Part shown: positions 58,485 to 64,000 of the stretch, piece after piece
Layout: every line of letters starts with the position of its first letter
Numbering within the stretch: the stretch's first letter is position 1
Assembly: GCA_046540255.1 (NCBI GenBank)
Contig: JBKHFJ010000005.1
Span: 9,898 to 73,897, forward strand
DNA length: 64,000 nucleotides
Direction of reading: 5' to 3'
Source: Methanomassiliicoccales archaeon
GTDB taxonomy: Archaea > Thermoplasmatota > Thermoplasmata > Methanomassiliicoccales > JAAEEP01
Notes under the pieces: generated by a model
Databases searched by the model: none
What the model was told of the DNA's origin: nothing
The model's input: only the letters and a program-made list of their open reading frames with translations
Program-made: the position numbers and the translations under genes

Positions 58485-60026
58485 TCACTCCTCCTTTCTC
58501 CTCTGTTTGTACTCCTCCATCGATATGGAGAACTTCCTCTCCACCTCGTTTCTGTAGGTGGGTCCGCCGTTGTAGGCGCAGAAGGGGATGATCCTCATGT
58601 CCGGGGTGACGTAGTGGATCACGCACCGCTTCACCCTCTCGATGTCGTAGTTGTAGTTGTCCTGGAAATGCATCCCCCCCACGAAGAGCATGTTCCAGGA
58701 GAACTCCGCGAGCCCCTCCTTGGTCTCGTCGCCCAAGACACTCTCCATCATCTTGAGGAACTGCATGAGCGAGAGGCCCTCGGGCATCTTCTCCCTGTCG
58801 ATGCAGCTCTTCAGGAGGTTGAGGGCCTTCACCTTCGAGGGGAACTTGACCTTGGCCCTCTCCGTCCTCTCGGAGAGCTCGAAGAGGCCGGTGAAGAGCT
58901 TCTCCACATCGATGAACCTTGCGAGGGGGATCACCTTCCCGTCCTGGATGAAGAGGTAGGTGGCCAGTCCGCAGTGCGGATGGGCGGTGAAGGTGACCTT
59001 CTCCTCCCCCATTATGGAGGAGACGAACGAGGAGATCGGGGCCACCGCCGGGACCGGGTACCAGTCGTCCTTGGTGGTGTATCCGGTCTGCTCTCCCACG
59101 TCCCTCACCATGTCGGTGAGGGTGTACCTCTCCTTCTCCCTCTGCTCCCTGTCGATCCTGCCGGTGAATGCCACCGGCTGGAAGTTGACCCCCCGGATGA
59201 CGTCGCTGTTCTCTATGGCGAACTCCAGGATCGGGCCCACCTGGTCCTGGTTTATACCGTTGACTATGGTGGGGACCAGTACTATGGAGGGCGGCCTCTC
59301 CAGCGCCCTGACGTTCTCTATGGCCCTCCTCTTGATGTCCAGCATGGGCCTTCCCCTGGCGTTTATGTAGATCTCCTCCCGAAGACCGTCGAACTGGAGG
59401 TAGATGGTGTTCAGTCCGGCCTCGGCCAGCTTGCCGGCGAACTCCGGATCGTTCGCCAGCTTGACCCCGTTGGTGGCTATCTGGACCTGGGCGAAGCCCA
59501 TCTCCTTCGCCTTCCTGATGACGTCGAACAACCTGGGATACACGGTCGGCTCCCCGCCGGAGAACTGTATGGCCGTGCAGGGGACCGGCCTCTCCTCCCG
59601 GAGGAGCTGCATCATGTTCACCACCTGCTCGTAGGACGGTTCGAACACGTAGCCGGTGGCGTTGGCGTTGGCGAAGCAGATGGGGCAGTTCATGTTGCAC
59701 CTGTTGGTCAGGTCCAGGTTCGCCAGCGAGGTGTGGCTCTTGTGCAGGTTACACAGACCGCAATCCAAGGGGCACTGGGTGGCCTCCGGGTACTTGGGAT
59801 TGCTCACCCCCACCCCGTCGTAGGCCATCCTCTCCGCCTTCAGGAACAGCTCCGAATCGGACCAGTAGACATCGGTGACCTTGCCGTGCTCGGGGCACTC
59901 CTTCTCTATCAACACCCGCCCGTCTTTCTCGAAGATGTCGGCGGTGATGATCTTTCCACACTCTGGACATACCGACTGGGTCTTCTTGGGAAGGCCCTTG
60001 TCGAGCTCGCTCTCCTGGATAAGCAT
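58485..60026 (-). CDS. tes: radical SAM protein of the tetraether lipid synthase (Tes / GDGT-MAS) type
   Basis: 513 aa. N-terminal Zn ribbon CPECGKII…CPEHG, then CPLDCGLC, and radical SAM CNMNCPICFA with GGEPTV. Synteny with ferredoxin and GGR mirrors the Methanosarcina acetivorans GGR-Fd-Tes arrangement as I recall it. Confidence 0.7.
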   Translation of the reverse strand: MLIQESELDKGLPKKTQSVCPECGKIITADIFEKDGRVLIEKECPEHGKVTDVYWSDSELFLKAERMAYDGVGVSNPKYPEATQCPLDCGLCNLHKSHTSLANLDLTNRCNMNCPICFANANATGYVFEPSYEQVVNMMQLLREERPVPCTAIQFSGGEPTVYPRLFDVIRKAKEMGFAQVQIATNGVKLANDPEFAGKLAEAGLNTIYLQFDGLREEIYINARGRPMLDIKRRAIENVRALERPPSIVLVPTIVNGINQDQVGPILEFAIENSDVIRGVNFQPVAFTGRIDREQREKERYTLTDMVRDVGEQTGYTTKDDWYPVPAVAPISSFVSSIMGEEKVTFTAHPHCGLATYLFIQDGKVIPLARFIDVEKLFTGLFELSERTERAKVKFPSKVKALNLLKSCIDREKMPEGLSLMQFLKMMESVLGDETKEGLAEFSWNMLFVGGMHFQDNYNYDIERVKRCVIHYVTPDMRIIPFCAYNGGPTYRNEVERKFSISMEEYKQRRKEE

Positions 60027-60100
60027 GATCGGTTCCCTTGGTTTGCATCCGTGGATAAGAATTTAATATTTATGTAGCTATAACGGCTACATAGAATACG

Positions 60101-60844
60101 ATGGACCTCCTAGATATCATTAACATGGACAATCTGAACATCGAGAAGGAATTGGAGAGGATCGCCTCCCGCCTGAGGCGAATAGGGCTGTCCGACTACG
60201 AATCCAGGGCCTACCTGGCCCTGGTGGCCATGGAGCACGGCTCGGCGGAGGAGGTGGGTGAGACCGCGAGCATACCCAGGACCTCCGCCTACAAGGTACT
60301 GCAGTCGCTGGACGAGAAGGGCTATGTCCGCTCGAGGGAGGGCAGACCCACCGTCTACCAGCCGGTGGAGCCCTCCGAGATCAAGGCGGAGATCATCAGG
60401 GAGGTCTCGGAGACCTTCGACTGCCTATCGGACCTCAAGGGGGTATTGAGCGATAGGGGGGTTCCGCAACTGGTCTACACCATCTCCGGCAAGGAGAGGG
60501 TGATTGACAAGATCGGCGAGATACTGGAGAGCTCGGACGATAGCTTCATCATCTCCACTCCCGCCATCAGGACGATCAGACAGTACCACGAGAGCTCCTT
60601 CCGGCACGCGGTCGATAGGGGGGTGGAGGTGACCGTGCTCACCGAGCCCTTCGTGAAGATACCCGAGTGCACCCGGGCCTATCGGAAGAACGGTCTCGCC
60701 GCCACCGACGTGATCAGCGACGGCAAGGTGGCCCTCATAGCCGCCCCCGACCTGTCGCTCTGCGGGTACTCCGACAACCCGTTCCTCGCCCAGCACCTGA
60801 GGAGCTTCCTCGAGGGCGTCATGGAGCGCTTGGACGCCAAGTAA
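60101..60844 (+). CDS. trmB: TrmB-family transcriptional regulator
   Basis: LRRIGLSDYESRAYLALVAMEHGSAEEVGETASIPRTSAYKVLQSLDEKGYV is a TrmB wHTH. It is divergent from tes. Confidence 0.85.
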   Translation: MDLLDIINMDNLNIEKELERIASRLRRIGLSDYESRAYLALVAMEHGSAEEVGETASIPRTSAYKVLQSLDEKGYVRSREGRPTVYQPVEPSEIKAEIIREVSETFDCLSDLKGVLSDRGVPQLVYTISGKERVIDKIGEILESSDDSFIISTPAIRTIRQYHESSFRHAVDRGVEVTVLTEPFVKIPECTRAYRKNGLAATDVISDGKVALIAAPDLSLCGYSDNPFLAQHLRSFLEGVMERLDAK

Positions 60845-60899
60845 GGTAGGTTGCAGGTAGTTCCAACCGTTTTATGCCTCCTGACCGTCCCGGGACTAC

Positions 60900-63800
60900 A
60901 TGGTCAAGCGACCGGGTCGGTACAGGCTCAGGGGGATCACCGGATCGAGGAGGGCCCAGATGCCCTTCTCGGTGGCGGCGGTGCTCCTCCTCACGCTCTC
61001 CACCTTCAGCGTGGCCCTGGTCTACCAGCTGGATGAGGGGGATTCCGATATTCCCCTTTCGGTACTCCGGTCCATGGACCGTACCGCGGAGGATTTCCGG
61101 AGCGGGCTGGAGGAGCTCTCCCACAACGCGGCACTGAGGGCGGTGGAGGAGGCCGGCCCGCTAAACCGCACCCGGATGGTGGATCAGTTCCAGATTATTA
61201 TCACCGAGGAGATGGAAAAGAGGTTCCCAAAGCGATCCGGTCCCTTCACCCTGCACGTCGATTCCCACGATCTGAACCTGACCTTCCTTAGCATGAGCCT
61301 GAAGGGCACGTGGTCCTCACCAGGAAGCGGATGGAATCTCACCACCGTCCCGGCCTATCTGACGGTGGTGGGGGAGATCACCTTGATGGTGGAGGGTTCC
61401 GAAGGGGAGATGATCAAGCGCCTGGACCTCGACAGGGACCTCTTCCTTCCCTACCCGCTTCTGGCCAATAGGATGATGGAGGTGAAGGAGTGGACCGAGG
61501 GGGGAAGATGCCAGCTGGAGAACATGGTCCGCTATCAGCTCTCCGCACTGGTCCAGAGCAGGGTCCTGCTCGGGCACGGCCTGTCCAGCGGCGGCCATGG
61601 GGGGACCGAGGGCATGGTGACCGAGGAGGACGTTGGGAGGGCGGTCAACCTCTCCACCCTGCTGATGCAGCGTCAGCTCCTGCGATCGGTCGATCCCCAT
61701 CTGAAGCAAACCGTTGCGGATGCCTCCGTCCCCGCCTTCGGGGAAATCCTGGACACCGCCCTGGAAGGGGGGAGATGCGATCCGGCCGACCTGTTCCTCC
61801 TCTCCTACGGCCACGGCCAGTACGACATGTCCTCGCTGGTCTCCCAGACCCTCTATGCCTTCGCGGACGCGGTGGCGCTCCGCTGGCTCGAGTTCCTCCA
61901 CGTGATCGATATCGCCAAGGGACTGGAGGGTGCCTGGGAGTGGGGAACTCTGGTCCTGTCGGATATCATGGAATCCCTGACCGGGGAGGATCGGATGCAG
62001 GAACGGGCGAGGGACATGATAATGGAGAGGCTGGAGGAGAGCGGGATCGGGGAGGAGAGGTACCGGTACATGCACATGGTGGATCAGGACGCCCACCTGG
62101 AGGTCCCGGCCAACGGTTACACGGTGGTGGACGACCTCAACCGGACCCATCGCCTCACCCTGGGGGGGAAGACCTACCCGGTGGACTTCCCCGGACAGGA
62201 CATCCTGGGTTCGGAGGACTGGGGAGAATTCCTGGTCCGCTACCGGGAGGAGACCTTCTCCCTGGGCGAGAGGCTCAGCTCGGCCCTGAAGTCCCTCGCC
62301 CTTGATCTGGCCTCCCGCTCGCTGCCTCCCCTGAGCCTGGAGCTCGATCCGGCCGACGGAATGGACTTCCTGGAGGAGCTGTCGGCCGCCGGGAGGTCGA
62401 TGGAAGGTGACCTGGAGAGGGCCATCGATGCCACGGTGGAGGGTAACGAGAAACTCCGCCTGGGGGACGGGTTCTCCCATGCCCTGATCGATTTTCTTGA
62501 GCGCGATCACCGGGAGATCTTCCACATGAACGACTCGGTGGAGGCGGGCGCCGCCTCCATCGCCGAGGAAATCGCCAGGGAGACCGCCGAGAGTCTACAG
62601 GACTTCGGGAGCGAATCGCAGAGGGGGCTGGAGGCCACCCTGGTCGATCAGCTGCTGGGCTCCCCTCCCTGGAACCTCCGGGGCGCCCTGGAAGAGGAGT
62701 TCATGGGCGCCGCCGGCTGGAGGATGGACATGATCATCGAGGCCCTACGGGACTACCATCCCTCGGATGGACGGGGAGGCCTGGAACAGGCGCTCATGGA
62801 CCTTGCGGTGGGGGCGATCGGCGGGCTCCCCGGCCTGGGAACGATGCTCTCCAGCTCCCTCATGCACCAGTTCCGGGAGATGGTGGAGTGCGCCGATTTC
62901 CGTGGGGATCGCGTGGAGTTGACGCTCCCCTCCGAGGACCACTTCCCCCTCATGGACGGGGACAGGGTGGTCTTCAGGGAGAGCCTTCGGGTCGGATCCA
63001 CCCTGAACCTCACCTCCCTGGAGACGGACATCGTTCGGCCGGACCAGCATGCATCGGAGGAGAACCCCAACCTCCACCGCACCGACATCGGGAACTACAC
63101 CCTGCTTCCCTATGCCACCCAGTGGAACGTCTCCGTTCAGGGGAGGGTGGGCATGGCGCTGTCGGTGGGCTCTCCCGTCTACGGCGAGGGCCTCCGGACC
63201 GAGGTCGCATTTCCCCTGGAATTCCACTCCACCCTCTCCCCCCGGAGCGGGTGGGACCTTGCCGGTGTGGACTACACCCCCACCTCCACACTGGCCAAGG
63301 AGATGGCAGATTTCATGGAGGGTGCATGGTCCCGGCTGGCGGACGGCCTGAGGTACATCTCCCAGGGGATCACCGGGACCTTCGATTTCTTGAAGGACAT
63401 GGTGGAGACCATCGTCTCCTACTCCATGAGGGCGGTGGAGGTGCTGGGGAACGGGCTCCAGGTGATGGTGGAATCGGTCCGCTCCTTCCTTGAGGGTCTG
63501 GGGGCCGAAGGGATGGGCATGATCGCGGACTTCCTGGAGACGGTGCTGGGCAAGGTGGAGTTCAACATCACCCTGTTCGGGCTGAAGTTCTCGATTCAGA
63601 CCCAGCCGGCGGATCTCGCCCTGGGCAACACCAAGGACCTTCTCCGCATCACCTTGTCCTTCTCCACCATGGACACCACCATATCCATCTCCAACCGCCT
63701 CATCCGACTCGGTGAAGGGGACTACGACCTCCTCACCAACTGCACCCTGGCCGCCTCCGGATGGAGGGTGAGCCTGGTGTTCGATCCCCTCATGAAGGTG

Positions 63801-64000
63801 TACTCCCACTTCGTGGAGATCAAGGGCGTTCTTCAGGGGATGAGCTTCCTCCTCTACCTGCCACAGGTGGTCCAGTACGAGAGGGCCGTGCTGTCCCTGC
63901 AGGACATTCCAGGGCTGGGTACCTTCCTGTCCAGCATACCCACGCCCATACCCGGGATCAAGGCGTCCCTGGACGCCGGTTTCGAGATCAGGTACCGCCG
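60900..64000 (+). CDS. very large (>1033 aa, 3'-truncated by the window) membrane-anchored/secreted protein with a prepilin-like N-terminus
   Basis: Frame read codon by codon from ATG 60900 to 64000 with no stop. It is absent from the ORF track because it does not terminate in the window. N-terminus: MVKRPGRYRLRGITGSRRAQ-MPFSVAAVLLLTLSTFSVALVY. A TATA-like ttttat lies ~26 nt upstream. Confidence 0.7.
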   Translation, partial: MVKRPGRYRLRGITGSRRAQMPFSVAAVLLLTLSTFSVALVYQLDEGDSDIPLSVLRSMDRTAEDFRSGLEELSHNAALRAVEEAGPLNRTRMVDQFQIIITEEMEKRFPKRSGPFTLHVDSHDLNLTFLSMSLKGTWSSPGSGWNLTTVPAYLTVVGEITLMVEGSEGEMIKRLDLDRDLFLPYPLLANRMMEVKEWTEGGRCQLENMVRYQLSALVQSRVLLGHGLSSGGHGGTEGMVTEEDVGRAVNLSTLLMQRQLLRSVDPHLKQTVADASVPAFGEILDTALEGGRCDPADLFLLSYGHGQYDMSSLVSQTLYAFADAVALRWLEFLHVIDIAKGLEGAWEWGTLVLSDIMESLTGEDRMQERARDMIMERLEESGIGEERYRYMHMVDQDAHLEVPANGYTVVDDLNRTHRLTLGGKTYPVDFPGQDILGSEDWGEFLVRYREETFSLGERLSSALKSLALDLASRSLPPLSLELDPADGMDFLEELSAAGRSMEGDLERAIDATVEGNEKLRLGDGFSHALIDFLERDHREIFHMNDSVEAGAASIAEEIARETAESLQDFGSESQRGLEATLVDQLLGSPPWNLRGALEEEFMGAAGWRMDMIIEALRDYHPSDGRGGLEQALMDLAVGAIGGLPGLGTMLSSSLMHQFREMVECADFRGDRVELTLPSEDHFPLMDGDRVVFRESLRVGSTLNLTSLETDIVRPDQHASEENPNLHRTDIGNYTLLPYATQWNVSVQGRVGMALSVGSPVYGEGLRTEVAFPLEFHSTLSPRSGWDLAGVDYTPTSTLAKEMADFMEGAWSRLADGLRYISQGITGTFDFLKDMVETIVSYSMRAVEVLGNGLQVMVESVRSFLEGLGAEGMGMIADFLETVLGKVEFNITLFGLKFSIQTQPADLALGNTKDLLRITLSFSTMDTTISISNRLIRLGEGDYDLLTNCTLAASGWRVSLVFDPLMKVYSHFVEIKGVLQGMSFLLYLPQVVQYERAVLSLQDIPGLGTFLSSIPTPIPGIKASLDAGFEIRYR

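Noticed and set aside
1-64000. Search for CRISPR arrays, transposases/IS elements, integrases, rRNA genes and toxin-antitoxin or other recognisable defence modules.
   Set aside because: No regularly spaced direct repeats, no transposase/integrase-like translations and no rRNA-like sequence were found. The only repeats are the 580-bp tandem duplication and the short shared spacer blocks reported above.

Overview
The window is a GC-rich (~60%) archaeal chromosome segment from a methanogen. The gene content and order suggest Methanomassiliicoccales/Thermoplasmata: mcrBDGA lacks mcrC, mcrC sits next to atwA, and an MtaA-type methyltransferase is present. This taxon call is inference only.

The first ~17 kb is a dense methyl-coenzyme M reductase (MCR) island. 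It holds ycaO (McrA thioglycine enzyme), mcrB-D-G-A plus a small fifth gene, atwA (component A2)-mcrC, and a translationally coupled mmp3-mmp6-mmp5-mmp15-mmp17-mmp7 operon. Two paralogous uncharacterised ~185-aa genes lie on the opposite strand within it.

The rest is mostly housekeeping and accessory genes:
- CopA P-type ATPase with a divergent Lrp-TRASH regulator
- three stand-alone DUF835 proteins
- TrpB2 plus isoaspartyl peptidase
- class II ribonucleotide reductase
- PaaK/ACT and a GalT-like HIT enzyme
- two tandem AbrB-PhoU paralogs and tRNA-Leu(GAG)
- a DASS transporter and a DUF1538x2 + PII-like operon
- a 580-bp tandem duplication carrying a small membrane-protein gene
- MtaA-like methyltransferase, MMPL transporter, aminotransferase and MFS transporter
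- an isoprenoid-lipid cluster: mevalonate kinase, geranylgeranyl reductase, a small ferredoxin missing from the ORF track, and a Tes-like radical SAM tetraether synthase
- a TrmB regulator

Three items are absent from the ORF track. They are an RNase P RNA (34918-35212, minus), a second ~271-nt structured RNA of uncertain identity (18467-18737, plus), and a >1033-codon ORF (60900 to the window end) with a prepilin-like N-terminus.

No CRISPR array, transposase or rRNA was seen. Many long ORFs in the track are antisense or alternate-frame artefacts of the high GC content. All family assignments rest on motif and architecture recognition from the translations; no database search was possible.
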